A stretch of 64,000 nucleotides of DNA, taken from assembly GCF_964213995.1 (NCBI RefSeq), contig NC_135804.1, positions 99,572,001 through 99,636,000 of the forward strand, given 5' to 3'. How positions within the stretch are numbered: position 1 is the stretch's first letter; each line of letters starts with the position of its first letter. This stretch comes from Mustelus asterias (Eukaryota). The notes beneath the pieces are model-generated. The model had not been told where the DNA came from. It worked only from the letters and a program-made list of their open reading frames with translations, and did no database searches. Of this stretch, positions 38,150 through 51,630 are shown one piece after another. The position numbers and the translations under genes were made by a program.

Positions 38150-41130
38150 TTATTTGTATTCTTTCTGGATGCTGCTGGCTCGCCCAGCACTTGTTGCCCA
38201 TCCCTAATTGCCCTTGAGAAGACGGTGGTGAACCACTTCTTGAACCTTGCCAATTATCAGCCCAAGCCTGAATGTTGTCCAGGTTTGCTGCAATCGTTGT
38301 GGTTTGGGAACAACCACAGTGCTGTTAGAAAGTTCCAGAGCTTTGACCCAGCGACAGTGAAGTTATGACAGCAATATAGTTTCAAGCCAGGATGGTGTGT
38401 GGCTTGGAGAAAAACTTTCAGGTGGTGGCATTCCCATGCATCTGCATGTTGTCCAGGTTTGCCGCATTTGGACACAGATTCCTTCAATGTCTGAGGGTCT
38501 GCAAATGGAGCTGAAAATAATGCAGTCATCACTGAACATCCCGTTCTAACTTTATGATCAAGGGAAGATCATTGATGAAGCAGTTGCAGATGATTGGGCC
38601 TAACTCATAGAAACATAGAAACATAGAAACCCTACAGTGCAGAAGGAGGCCATTCGGCCCATCGAGTCTGCACCGACCACAATCCCACCCAGGCCCTACC
38701 CCCACATATTTTACCCGCTAATCCCTCTAACCTACGCATCCCAGGACTCTAAGGGACAATTTTTAACCTGGCCAATCAACCTAACCCACACATCTTTGGA
38801 CTGTGGGAGGAAACCGGAGCACCCGGAGGAAACCCACGCAGACACGAGGAGAATGTGCAAACTCCACACAGACAGTGACCCGAGCCGGGAATCGAACCCG
38901 GGACCCTGGAGCTGTGAAGCAGCAGTGCTAACCACTGTGCTACCGTGCCGCCCCATGGACTTCTTGCAGTGATGCCCTGAACTGAGATGATTGATGTCCA
39001 ACAACTCCAGCCATCTTCCTTTGTGCTAGGTATGACTCCAACCAGTAGAGAGTTTTCCCCTTGATTCTCATTGACTCTAGTTTTGCCAGATGCTGCCATA
39101 CTTGGTCAAATGCTCACTTCACTTCACCTCTTGGATTCAGCACTTTTATCCATGTTTGGACCAAGGCAGTAATGAGGTCAGGAGCTAAGTGGCCCTGGCA
39201 GAACCCAAACTGAGCTTCTTTGAGCAGGTTATTTCTAAGTAAGTGTTGCTTGACAACAGTGTTGTTGAAACCTTAAATCACTTTGCTGTTGAGTGAGAGT
39301 AGACTGATGGTGCAGTAATTGGTCAAGCTGGATTTGTTCTGCTTTTTGTGTACAGGACATACTTGAGCAATTTTTTTACATTTCTGATTAGATGCCAGTG
39401 TTGTCACCGTACTGGAACAGCTTGGCTGGGGGCGCAGCATGTTGTGCAGCACAAGTCTTCGGTAGTAGTGCTGGAATGTTGTCAGGACCCATAGCCTTTG
39501 CAGTGTCCAGTGCCTCTAGCCATTTCTTGATATCATGTAAATTGAATCAAATTGGCTGAAGACTGACATTTGTAATGCTGGGGCCCTCAGGAGAAGGCTG
39601 AGATACATCATTCACTGGGCACCTCTGGCTGAAGATTGTTGCAATTGTTTCAATTCATCTTTTTCACTGATATGCTGGGTTCCTTCATCAGTGAACATGG
39701 AGATACTTGTGGAGTTTCCTCCTCAAGTTAGTTGTTTAATTGTCCACCACCGTTCATGATTGCATGTGGCAGGACTGCAGAGCTTAGATATGATCTGTTG
39801 ATTGTGGGATTGCTTAGATCTGTCTATTGCATGCTGCTTCTGCTGTTTGGTATGCAGGTTGTCCTGTGTCATACCTTGGTCAGGTTGACAACTCATTTTT
39901 AGGTATGCCTAGCATGCCCCCTGCACTCTTCATTGAACCAGGGTTGATAGTAATGGTGGAGAGGGGGAATATGCCAGATCATGAGATTCCAGGTTATGGC
40001 TCTGCACAATTCTGCTGCTGCTGATGGTCCACAGTGCCTCATTGATGTCTAGTTTTGAGTTGCTAGATCTGTTTGAAATGTATCCAATTTAGCTCGGTGG
40101 TAGTGCAACCCAACCTGATTGAGGATATCCTCAGTGTGAGGACTTCATCTTCACAAGGACTTTACAGTGGTCACTCCTTCCAATGCTGTCATGGACAAAT
40201 GCATCTGTGGCAGGCAGGTTGGTAAGGATGAGGTCAAGTAGGTTTTTCTCTCTGTTGGCCCCCTAACCACCTGCTGCAGACCCAGTCTATCAACTATGTC
40301 CTTTAGAACTTGGCCAGCTCAGTCAGTAATGGTACTGCCAAGGCACTCTTGCAGATGGACATTGAAGTCCCCTGCCCAGTGTACATTCTGTGTCCTTACC
40401 ACCCTCAATGCTTGACAAGTGGCAAATAATATTCATGCCACACAAATGCCAGGCAATGACCATCACCAATAAGAGACACTCTAACCACCGCCCCTTAACA
40501 TTCAATGGTGTAACCATCACTGAATCCCCCACTGTCAACATCCTTGGGGGAGTACTGATTCATCAGCTGCAGCGGTACAGTAGATGGTAATCAGAGGAGG
40601 TTTGACCAATGTCATAAGATGTCATGGGGCCCAGAGTTGATGTTGAGGATTCCAAGAGCAACACCCTCCAAACTGTATGCCATTGTGCCGCCAACTCAGG
40701 TGAGTTTGACCTTTCAGTGGCAAGGACATAACCAAGAGATGTCGAAGGTGGTGTCTGATACATTGTTTGTGAGGTATTATTCTGTATGACTATGTGCCTT
40801 GACTAGTTTATGGGACAGCTCTTCCAATCTTGTCACAAGCCTCCAGATGTTATAAAGGAGGACTTTGCAGAATCGACAAGGCAGTGTGCAATTGTCATAT
40901 CCGGTGCCTAGGTCGATGTGGACTGGTCAGTCCAGTTTCATGCCTTTTAGACTTTGTGGTAGTTTGACACAACTGAGTGGCATGATGGGCCATTTCAGAA
41001 GACAGTTAAAAGTCAACCACATTGCAGTGGGTCTGGAGTCACATGTTCGCAAGAGCAGGTAAGGATAGCAGATTTCCTTCCTTAAAGGACATTAGTGAAC
41101 CAGGTGGATTTTTACAGGCTCAAGATGTAA
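38150..41130 (-). mobile_element. Degraded, rearranged CR1/L2-group LINE
   Basis: Repeat termini (ttgcccatccctaattgcccttgag) also at ~37675; short inverted RT piece DKWQIIFMPHKCQAMTI at 40410-40550. Confidence 0.55.
38606..38953 (-). mobile_element. Young full-length HE1-like V-SINE
   Basis: tRNA head with B-box GGTTCGATTCC, V-core and (GTTTCTAT)3 tail. Confidence 0.9.
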
Positions 41131-41185
41131 TTCCATTCATCTTCAATTTAAAGAATTTTTGAAGCCCTGATTAGTCATAAAAGTT

Positions 41186-41465
41186 TTAAAGATTATTTAT
41201 TAGTCACAAGTAAGCTTACATTTACACTGCAATGAAGTTACTGTGAAAATCCCCTCGTCGCCACACTCTGGTGCCTGTTCAGGTACACTGAGGGAGAATT
41301 TAGCATGGACAATTCACCTCATCTGTACATCTTTGGACTGTGGGAGGAAACCCATGCAGACACAGGGAGAATGTACAAACTCCACACAGACCCAAGCTGG
41401 GAATCGAACTCAGGTCCCTGGCGCTGTGAGGCAGCAGTGCTAACCACTGTGCCACCGTGCCGCCC
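41186..41465 (-). mobile_element. V-SINE with a different (non-CR1) 3' tail
   Basis: Same head and core as 38606-38953, but the tail is ...cttacttgtgactaataaataatc. Confidence 0.75.
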
Positions 41466-41875
41466 CCATGCAAGCACTAACATGTGTTTGGATGAGGGAG
41501 AGCTGCAACTTATTACAGAACAAGCACAGGGTAGAACACAACAAACACCAATATCTGAACAGCTAGTTCATGCAAGGAGATAACAGTGTAAGGAGATTAT
41601 TGTTTTGTTCTTCCACTTAATGCAGCAGTTGACTGCATAAAGTGATAGAACTGCCATTGCTTTAGTTGTTTAGTATTTGCAGAGAATTACAAACAATAAC
41701 TGATGCTTTATTTTTCTGCTGAAAGACAGGATTTGAAGTATCTAATGTGCTATTTACTCATCAGGAAGAAGGAGTATAAAAGTGGGAAGTATATTTAAAA
41801 TCTTTATGTGATGCAGTAGACCCGTTACCTTTAGTGGCAAATGTGCATCTTGTATATTCTGAGTCTGCCCTGTAA

Positions 41876-41990
41876 TCACTTGAAGAAGTGATATAGACTC
41901 AAAACATTACCCTGTTTCTCACTGCACAGATGCTGCCAGACCTGCTGAGGTTTTCCTGCATTTTCTGATTTTATTTCAGATTTCCAGCAT
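41876..41990 (+). mobile_element. 3' terminus of a second Penelope-like family with decayed hammerhead; older copies near 21215-21325 and 31850-31950 (minus)
   Basis: tgaagaag..gactcaaaacatt..cacagatgctgccagacctgctgag..atttcagatttccagcatc. Confidence 0.5.
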
Positions 41991-42351
41991 CTCTCGGCCC
42001 AAGTCTCCAACCGATCTATATCCTGCTGTATCCTCTGATGGTCCTCATCGCTATCCGCAAATCCACCAACCTTTGTGTCGTCCGCAAACTTACTAATCAA
42101 ACCAGAGACATTTTCCTCCAAATCATTTATAGATATTACAAACAGCAAAGGTCCCAGCACTGATCCCTGAGGAACGCCACTTGTCACAGCCCTCCATTCA
42201 GAAACACACCCTTCCACTGCTACCCTCTGTCTTCTTTGATCGAGCCAGTTTTGTATCCATCTTGCCAGCTCACCTCTGATCCCATGCGACTTCACCTTCT
42301 GCACCAGTCTGCCATGAGGGACCTTGTCAAAGGCCTCACTGAAGTCCATGT
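41988..42351 (-). mobile_element. Internal CR1 RT fragment duplicating 43849-44212
   Basis: Near-identical to the neighbouring copy; no 3' tail. Confidence 0.85.
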
Positions 42352-43047
42352 TTTTTATTGCTGTCCTGTAATGTAAACTTTCTGAGGCAAGACTAAGTGC
42401 CATTAATGCAAAAAGTTCTGATAACACAGGATTACTGGTGCTGTGAGTACCAAAATGGACATACAATGTCCACAGATTTGTGTAGGTAGAGAATGCTGTA
42501 TATCTGAGCTGTCTAAATTTGCCCCAGCACGCAGTTCCAAACTTTTCTGCTATATTTCCCAAAGAAAAATCCCATCTTTGTTTAGATCTCAAAACTTCCA
42601 TAACCCCAGGGGAAGCATTGATGAGATCCTGCTATTGCATTGACGGTTTGCCTGATTGAGGTTATCAACATTAGTGATACAGTGCATACAGTCCCTGATC
42701 CATTTACATCATAGAATCGTACAATAGTACAGCACAGAAGGAAGCCATTCACTCCATCAAGTCTGTGCTAACTCTTTTGGAGAATAATCCAATTAGAATC
42801 AATTACTGTTCTTTCCCCAGATCTTTGCATTTTTTTCTCCTTCTAGTAATTATCCCGTTCACTTTTCAAGGCAAGTATTGCATCTCTATCCATCATCCTA
42901 TCAGGCAGTGCATCCCAAATCCTAACCACTCATTGTGTAAAGAGCAAAAGCAAATTTGGTTATGCCGTATGTGAGTTATCAGCTGCTGTTCAGTATCAAT
43001 TTTCCAAAGTGATGCATGTGTCGTCTCTTCAGTACTGACTTTGTGTT

Positions 43048-45324
43048 AGAACAAAGAAAATTACAGCACAGGAACAGGCCCTTCGGCCCTCCAAGCCTGC
43101 ACCGAACATGCTGCCCAACTTAACTAAAACCCCTACCCTTCCGGGGAACATATTTCTCTATTTCCATCCTATTCATGTATTTGTCAAGACGCCCCTTAAA
43201 AGTCACTACCATATCCACTTCCACTACCTCCTCTGGCAACGAGTTCCAGGCACTCACCACCCTCTGTGTAAAACATCTGCCTCGTGCATCTCCTTTAAAC
43301 CTTGCCCTTTGCACCTTAAAGCTGTGCCCCCGAGTAATTGACTCTTCCACCCTGGGAAAAAGCTTCTGTCCATGCCTCTCATAATTTTATAAACTTCTAT
43401 CAGATCGCCCCTCAACCTCTGTCGTTCCAATGAGAACAAACCAAGTTTCTCCAACCTCTCCTCATAGCTAATGCCCTCCAAAACAGGCAACCTCCTGGTA
43501 AATCTTTTTTGTTCCCTCTCTAAAGCGTCCACATCCTTCTGGTAGTGTGATGACCAGAATTGAACACTATATTCCAAGTGCGGCCTAACTAAGGTTCTAT
43601 AAAGCTGCAACATGACTTGCCAACTTTTAAACTCAATGCCTCCGCCGATGAAGGCAAGCATGCCGTATGCCTCCTTGACTACCTTCTCCACCTGCATTGC
43701 CACTTTCTGTGACCTGTGTACCTGTACACCCAGATCCCTTTGCCTATCAATACTCTTAAGGGTTCTGCCATTTACTGTATATTTCCTATCTGTATTAGAC
43801 CTTCCAAAATGCATTACCTTACATGTGTCCGGATTAAACTCCATCTGCCATCTCTCTGCCCAAGTCTCCAACCGATCTATATTTTCCTGTATCCTCTGAT
43901 GGTCCTCATCGCTATTCGCAAATCCACCAACCTTTGTGTCGTCCGCAAACTTACTAATCAAACCAGAGACATTTTCCTCCAAATCATTTATATATATTAC
44001 AAACAGCAAAGGTCCCAGCACTGATCCCTGATGAAAGCCATTTGTCACAGTCCTCCATTCAGAAACGCACCCTTCCACTGCTACCCTTTGTCTTCTTTGA
44101 TCGAGCCAGTTTTGTATCCACCTTGCCAGCTCACCTCTGATCACATGCGACTTCACCTTCTGCATCAGTCTGCCATGAGGGACCTTGTCAAAGGCCTCAC
44201 TGAAGTCGATGTAGACAACATCCACTGCCCTACCCTCATCAATCATCTTCGTCACTTCCTCGAAAAACTCGATCAAGTTCGTGAGACATGACCTCCCCTT
44301 CACAAAACCATGTTGCCTCTCACTAATATGTCCACTTATTTCCAAGTGGGAATAAATCCTGTCTCGAAGAATCCTCTTCAATAATTTCTCTACCACTGAT
44401 GTAAGGCTCACCGGCCTGTAATTACCTGGATTATTCTTGCTACCCTTCTTAAACAAAGGAACAACATTGGCTATTCTCCAATCCTCTGGGACCTCCTCCG
44501 TAGCCAGTGAGGATACAAAGATTTCTCTCAAGGTCCCAGCAATTTCCTCCCTTGCCTCTCTCAGTATTCTGGGGAATATTCCATCAGACCCTGGGGATTG
44601 TCTATTTTAATGTTTCTCAAGAACTCCAATACCTTCTCCTTTTTGATCTCAACATGACTCAAACTATCTACACACCCTTTCCCAGACTCCTCATCCACCA
44701 AGTCCTTCTCTTTGGTGAATACTGATGCAAAGTACTCATTTAATATCTCGACCATTTCCTCTGGCTCCACACATAGATTCCCTCCCTTGTCCTAGAGTGA
44801 GCCAACCCTCTCCCTGGCTACCCTCTTGCTCTTTACATATGTATAAAAAGCCTTGGGATTTTCCTTAATCCTGCTGGCCAATGCTTTTTCGTGACCCCTT
44901 TTAGCCCTCCTTACTCCTTGCTTAAGTTTCTTTCTACTTTTCTTGTATTCCACACTTGCTTCATGTGTTCCCAGCCTCCTAGCTTTGACAAATGCTTCCT
45001 TTTTCTCTTTGACGAGGCTCACAACATCTCTCATTATCCAAGGTTACCAAAACTTGCCATACTTATCTTTCATCCTTACAGGAATGTGCCGGTCCTGAAT
45101 CCCTATCAACTTACACTTGAAAGCCTCACACATGCCAGATGTTGATTTGTCCTCAAACATCTGCCCCCAATCTACATTCTTCAGTTACAGCCTAATATTG
45201 TTGTAATTAGCCTACCCCAATTTAGCACCTTAACTTGAGGACTACACTTATCTTTATCCATCAGTACCTTAAAGCTTACTGAATTGTGGTCACTGTTCCC
45301 GAACTGCTCCCCTACTGAAACGTC
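43048..45324 (-). mobile_element. 5'-truncated CR1 LINE
   Basis: 425-aa RT ORF (43254-44531) plus frameshifted flanking pieces and a CR1 3'UTR. Confidence 0.92.
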
Positions 45325-45332
45325 ATGTTATA

Positions 45333-45873
45333 TGGGGGGTGGCGAACTTGAGCCCACACTCTCCATCTGCGATAGTGGCGTGGGAGTTCAAGAACCAGTC
45401 AAACCTGGAATTCGTAAATCTTGCCGGTGGGATAGCCATTTCTGATTTTTGCCTTCCCTCACTGGCGATATAATCAGGTTCACATTCACAAAGGGTGAGA
45501 ACCTCATTTTAATGTATTTTAATAAATTTAAATATCTTTAACAGGCCCACCCCCCACCATATATTGACCCCCTAGCTGTATTTTCGAACCTCACCGATGT
45601 GCTTACAACAGGTTCATTCAGACGTGAACCTGTCATGGGGATCCCCCGGGGGCTATACCCACCTTTCCGCCCCCGGGGGAGAGGAACATGGCCAGGCAGT
45701 GGCCTGCACTACCCCAGCATTTCTGCCTGGCACAGATTGGTACTGCCAACCTGACAGTGCCAGGTTATTTTTTTTTAAATGCCAGAAGATCTGGACAGAA
45801 AATCTCTGGAGAGAAACACACACGTTTTCAGCCAGATCCTGACATTTTCCAGATTTTGGTAAGATTTCACCCA
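45333..45873. mobile_element. Non-autonomous GC-rich element, same family as 62105-63228 in opposite orientation
   Basis: Both ends match the reverse complement of the other copy (cttgagccca; ggagagaaacac..gtttt). Confidence 0.55.
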
Positions 45874-47795
45874 ATACCTTTTGGTTGATATCTTTCTTAC
45901 TCAATCTTTTATCATTAGACAACTAAAAGGGGATGTTCACTGATTTGGACAATCTTGGTGTTTCAAACCTTCTCCCATTGTACTCCTCTTGAATAAACCT
46001 ATGAATCTTCATTTGCATTGCTACTTAAGTGGCTCACTGTGTCAGCCTCTGTGCTGCTGCTTAGTGAGGGTGATGAGTATTGGTAAAATGAGTAGTGTTT
46101 TGCTGCTGTGCCAGGAGACATGATGGCTCCTCTTCATCTGTAAAGAGAGCAGATGGAACTTAATTTTTCCATTAACACAGATATTCACTGGTGTACTGTA
46201 ATCTATTGTCAGTAAATGCACGCATATACAATTAAGTATTATCTGTGAAATACGATATGTGAAGAAGATGGGAATTAAGAACTCATTAACAAGCATAGGA
46301 TAAGAGGTCAAAGTATCAAAAAGGAAACTTGGAACTAAAGTCAGAAAGCTGTACATGTAAAAAATGATCATATGAAATTGACTTTCAGACAGAACAATGG
46401 AGGCAAAATCCCTGGCATCATGTAAGAAACAATTGGGTGTGATGTTAGAAGGAAGTGTTTTCTGGCTGAGATGTGCTAAATGGCTTTCATGTGCATCTAT
46501 CTTTTGGTATGGATTAAAAAACAGTTGTACATTCATAATTTGTTTTGGTTTTCTTTTGGGAAGAAATCTTTTCAAACTACACTCCTTGGGAATTTATAGG
46601 GTTCGCAAGAGCTCAAAATTTGTCTTGCGGGTTAGTTTATTTAGGTAGGATGTGATATCTTGATTTGAGACAAAAAAATAAAGTCAATAACGTATTTGTG
46701 GAACTTGCCAGTTTGTGACAAGTTCATACTTGTAATACATTTGCATATCACAAATATTTTAAAATGATATTCTACCTTCAAGATAAAGTCAGCAGCGTGC
46801 AAGAATCTCATGGCACCTGGTTCACGTTTCTTTAAAGGTGGAGTGCACCAATCGGTTTTGTGTAGTTGTGTTTAAGGTCAGGATTCCCTTGTTTAACTCT
46901 AATACAGGAGAATGGAGACTTGCATGGAGGCTTGGGAGCGGCAACAGTAAATCAGTGGTGAGTGCAGCATATATGGAGCGGGTTTGGGGCATGGACGAGT
47001 GGGAGAGGGATCCAAAGGAGGACAGAGAGTGGAGCTGGGTGCAAGGAGGGTGAAGTGGAAAGGGCTAATGTTCTGGGTGGGGACAATCACCAAGCTAAGA
47101 AATGAAGAGCCAGCTGAGCCAACAAGCTCAGCCACATCTGACAAATAGGCGAGCACAACACTGGACAATAAAATAAACATCCAATGAAGAGTGAAAAAAG
47201 TATATTGTTTCTTCCACAATAAAGGAAATATCCCTAGCAGACCTGTAACTATCATTGCATGGTAACCTCGAGGTGTGTCAGTGCATTTATTTCTCTTATT
47301 AATCTCACTTCAACAAATAATGATGACGCACAGTTGAGTAATGTGACACCAATGCAATGTGAAATGCTTTCAAGTGAAATTTAATTTTAACAATACCTAT
47401 GCTACCTTTGCATTCTCAAGTCTCATCTCAGTGGCAATGGAGTGGTCAGGCAAGTTTTGACCGTGATGCAGAGCCTCTAGGTTTAACAAGGAGGCTGTTT
47501 TATAGCGCACTTGTACCTGCTGCATTGTCAGTTGCTGACAGGATTCAATAGTGAAACAATTCCTTCACTGTGGAATTGCATGCATCTCCCGTGCACACCG
47601 CTAGCACTTAGAATTTTAATTGTAATCTTGTAGGGAATGTGAAAATGCACGAGAACAGAAACGGTGCACACTTCCGGTTCTGGTGTCGAAGATGGCATGC
47701 CACTGACAAAACTCTGTCCTTCGTGTAGCCAATTCCTTCACATATGACCCATGTTGCTTGACTGCTATTCCGCTATTTATTGACCTTGCTGATAT

Positions 47796-48404
47796 ACCAC
47801 CAACAACCTGCCCTAGTCCCTCCATGCGGGCACGATGGTTAAGAAAGCCCACCAGTGCCTCTACTTTCTCAGGAGACTAAGAAACTTTGGCATGTCTGCT
47901 ACAACTCTCACCAACTTCTACAGATGTACCATAGAAAGCATTCTTTCTGGTTGTATCACAGCTTGGTATGGCTCCTGCTCTGTCCAAGACTGCGATAAAC
48001 TACAAAGGGTCGTGAATGAAGCCCAGTCCATCACGCAAACCAGTCTCCCAAACATTGACACTGTCCGCATTTCCCACTGCCTTGGAAAAGCAGCCAGCAT
48101 AATCAAGGACCCCATAGACCCTGACATGCTCTCTTCCACCTTCTTACGTTAGGAAAAATATACAAAAATCTGAGGACATGTACCAACTGACTCAAAAACA
48201 GCTTCTTCCTTGCTCCATCAGACTTTTTTGAATGGACTTACCTCCATTAAGTTGATCTTTCTCTGCACCTCAGCTATGACTATAACACTACATTCTCCAC
48301 TCTCTCCTCCTGGTATGGTATGCTTTGTCTGTATAGAGCACAAGAAATAATACTTTTCACTGTATACTAGTATACATGTGACAATAATAAATCAAATCAA
48401 ATCA
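47796..48404 (+). mobile_element. Rex1/Babar-type LINE 3' fragment
   Basis: KKAHQCLYFLRRLR..FYRCTIESILSGCITAWYG; (AAATC)3 tail. Confidence 0.85.
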
Positions 48405-50289
48405 GCTTATTTTCAATGTACTCCTCGATACACACTATTGCCAAGATTAATTTGACTTAGTCTGTGGCATCTTACTAAGAGAGTGACTCGGATAGTTATT
48501 CCAGTCATTCCACGCATTTTAGAATCAACCAGCATTTATTATCCATGTCAGTGAACCTAACTTTCTGAATTTGCAGCTGAGACATGGTTGTCCATGTTCT
48601 ACACTTTAAAGCTGACTTGCAATCCCTTATTCTTACATTAGTTAAGCAAATGTGTGAAAAGTGAGAAATTAGCATTATTACCAGTTTATAGCATTTGACT
48701 GTGAGGCCTGTTTTCAAGTTGCAACTGCTCTGTTTATGCCTGTACATAGTTTCGTAGATGGACAAAAATTACTGGTGCCAACCATTCTGATTTTTCAGTG
48801 GACATTCATTTAGGCAATTGTGCCAGAAACAGGCAGCTCCCTAGCTGAAATAGGGATCAGTGACATAATTGAGAGTCCAGCATGATTTTTATATCTATTA
48901 GTATTGTTACAACATCCACAATCCACCCAAAAATCAGTGGATGTAAAGATTGAGAGGTGACCATTCCAGCGCTGCTTAGAGATATTGGTCTGCTCACATT
49001 TAAAATGATGCAACAGCTTAGGTTATATATTTCTGGTAATTTATTAGATTCTTTGCAAGTTGTTCAATTTTAAAGCAGTTGCAGAGGCTATGAATCTTTC
49101 AGAAACCTGAAGGGGATTAAGAAAGAGTACAGCAGCAAAGATTGAAGGTGAATATGGAGCTACACCTGCAGCAATGACAGATAGAAGAATCATAATCAAA
49201 GATATTCTTATGCTCTCCACAAAGTCTAAATGCCCAGAGTAACACACATGCGCTTCTCTGAGGAGCACTGCATAAGGAGCCTGTTCGACACTGGAAGGCT
49301 GTCAAATAGTTGCATCACCCCTTATAAAAAGACCTGCAAACCTGTTGCCGTAGCTGGCCCTGCATTTTCTGCTGCAGTCCATGTCAGTATAATCCTGAAA
49401 TTCTTTGCCTTCTGCTGCTTCGAGGCTGCCAAAATGGAATCAGTAACAGCAGTTAATCTGCAGTTCATGCTTGTGTTAAACAGGTGACTGATGCCATGTT
49501 TGGCACAGCAAAGGTTTATGCTATATTCCCCAAGGATACCTGAAAGCACGAGGAGACTGAGATTTGCACAGATTGCATGCAGTCTTCCCTCAAGTCATGG
49601 GCGTTAACTGCACCAACCCATGGGCTCTTTTTAACAATCCCGGTGTTGTGAATTGCAAGAGCTTTCACTTTATTAAGGTATAATTTTCATGCAATCACCA
49701 GCAACTGCCAGGATGGTTTTACATTGCAGCAGTTAACCTCTACTCTGCATTGCACACCATCCCCATCACTCACCACTACCTCCCCGAAACCCATCCCCCC
49801 ACCGCCCCCATTCTTTTTGACTGCACAGCAGGCAAATGCATAGATATTTGGAGACAAATATTAGACTTATATTAGACTTGATGGATGGGATTTTATGGCC
49901 AAACTTGTCTCAACCGTAAAATCCTGCCCCGAGGTCAACAGACTTTCTCATTGTCTGTCCCTCGCCTCCTCCGATTCCTGTGGCGGACGGGGCACTAAAA
50001 TTCTGGCGGATGTTTCCAGCTCACTTTTACCCAGTTTCCCATATTCTGCCCTTCATAAGCTTGAGGATATCAGAAAATCTGCTGTTCTTGTCACGTTCTG
50101 TTTCACTATCACATCTGTGCTTGCTGACCTCAGTTATTTCCTTGTTAAGCAACATCTCGATTTTAAAATTCTCATTCTTTCTTTTCAAACCTCACCATGG
50201 CTACATCCCTTTCTATCTCTGTCAACCTTTCTAGTAAGAGTTTTAACAACACCAGGTTAAAGTCCAACAGGTTTATTTGGTAGCAAATG

Positions 50290-50326
50290 CCATTAGCTTT
50301 CGGAGCGCTGCTCCTTCGTCAGATGG
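50290..50326 (-). ncRNA. Minimal hammerhead ribozyme motif
   Basis: Reverse complement CCATCTGACGAAGGAGCAGCGCTCCGAAAGCTAATGG. Confidence 0.8.
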
Positions 50327-51593
50327 AGTGGATATCTGCTCTCAAACAGGGCATACAGAGACACAAAATCAAGTTACAGAATACTGATTAGAATGCGAAT
50401 CGCTACAGCCAACCAGGTCTTAAAGATACAGACAATGTGAGTGGTGGGAGCATTAAGCACAGGTTAAAGAGATGTGTATTGTCTCCGGACAGGACAGCCA
50501 GTGAGATTCTGCAAGTCCAGGAGGCAAGCTGTGGGGGTTACTGATAGTGTGACATAAACCCAAGACCCCAGTTTAGGCCGTCCTCATGTGTGCGGAACTT
50601 GGCTATCAGTTTCTGCTCCGCGACTCTGCGCTTTCGTGTGTCGTGAAGGATATGGCGCTCGGCTCATCGATCGACAGTTCCGACGCGCCACAGCAAAAAA
50701 CCACACCGACCTCCTCAGAAGACAAACACGGGACATGGTGGACAGAGTACCCTTCGTCGTCCAGTACTTCCCTGGAGCAGAGAAGCTATGGCATCTCCTC
50801 CAGAGCCTTCAACATGTCATTGATGAAGACGAACATCTCACCAAGGCCATCCCCACACCCCCACTTCTTGCCTTCAAACAACCGCACAACCTCAAACAGA
50901 CCATTGTCCGCAGCAAACTTCCCAGCCTTCAGGAGAACAGTGATCACGACACCACACAACCCTGCCACAGCAACCTCTGCAAGACATGCCGGATCATCGA
51001 CACGGATGCCATCATCTCACGTGAGAACACCATCTACCAGGTACATGGTACCTACTCTTGCAACTCGGCCAACGTTGTCTACCTGATACACTGCAGGAAA
51101 GGATGTCCCGAGGCATGGTACATTGGGGAAACCATGCAGGCACTATGACAATGGATGAACGAACACCGCTCGACAATCACCATGCAAGACTGTTCTCTTC
51201 CTGTGGGGGAGCACTTCAGCGGTCACGGGCATTCAGCCTCTGATCTTCAGGTAAGCGTTCTCCAAGGCAGCCTTCACGACACATGACAGCGCAGAGTCGC
51301 TGAGCAGAAACTGATAGCCAAGTTCCGCACACATGAGGACGGCCTAAACCGGGATCTTGGGTTTATGTCACACTATCAGTAGCCCCCACAGCTTGCCTCC
51401 TGGACTTGCAGGATCTCACTGGCTGTCCTGTCTGGAGACAATACACATCTCTTTAACCTGTGCTTAATGCTCCCTCCACTCACGTTGTCTGTATCTTTAA
51501 GGCCTGGTTGGCTGTAGAGATTCGCATTCTAATCAGTATTCTGTAACTTGATATTGTGTCTCTGTATGCCCTGTTTGAGAGCAGATATCCACT

Positions 51594-51630
51594 CCATCTG
51601 ACGAAGGAGCAGCGCTCCGAAAGCTAATGG
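51594..51630 (+). ncRNA. Minimal hammerhead ribozyme motif
   Basis: CCAT-CTGACGA-A-GGAGC agc GCTCC-GAAA-GC-TA-ATGG. Confidence 0.82.

Noticed and set aside
38870-38953. tRNA-like sequence with A/B boxes
   Set aside because: Head of a tRNA-derived SINE present in several copies, not a tRNA gene.
46042-46575. 177-aa minus-strand ORF
   Set aside because: No recognisable domain or splice context, AT-rich, non-ATG start; compatible with chance.
51146-51148. In-frame TGA at the same codon in two PLE copies (also 798-800), suggesting selenocysteine recoding as in Naiad PLEs
   Set aside because: The codon fits an Arg (CGA) position in an L-R-Q-R type motif, not Cys; recurrent CpG deamination explains it, and I saw no SECIS element.
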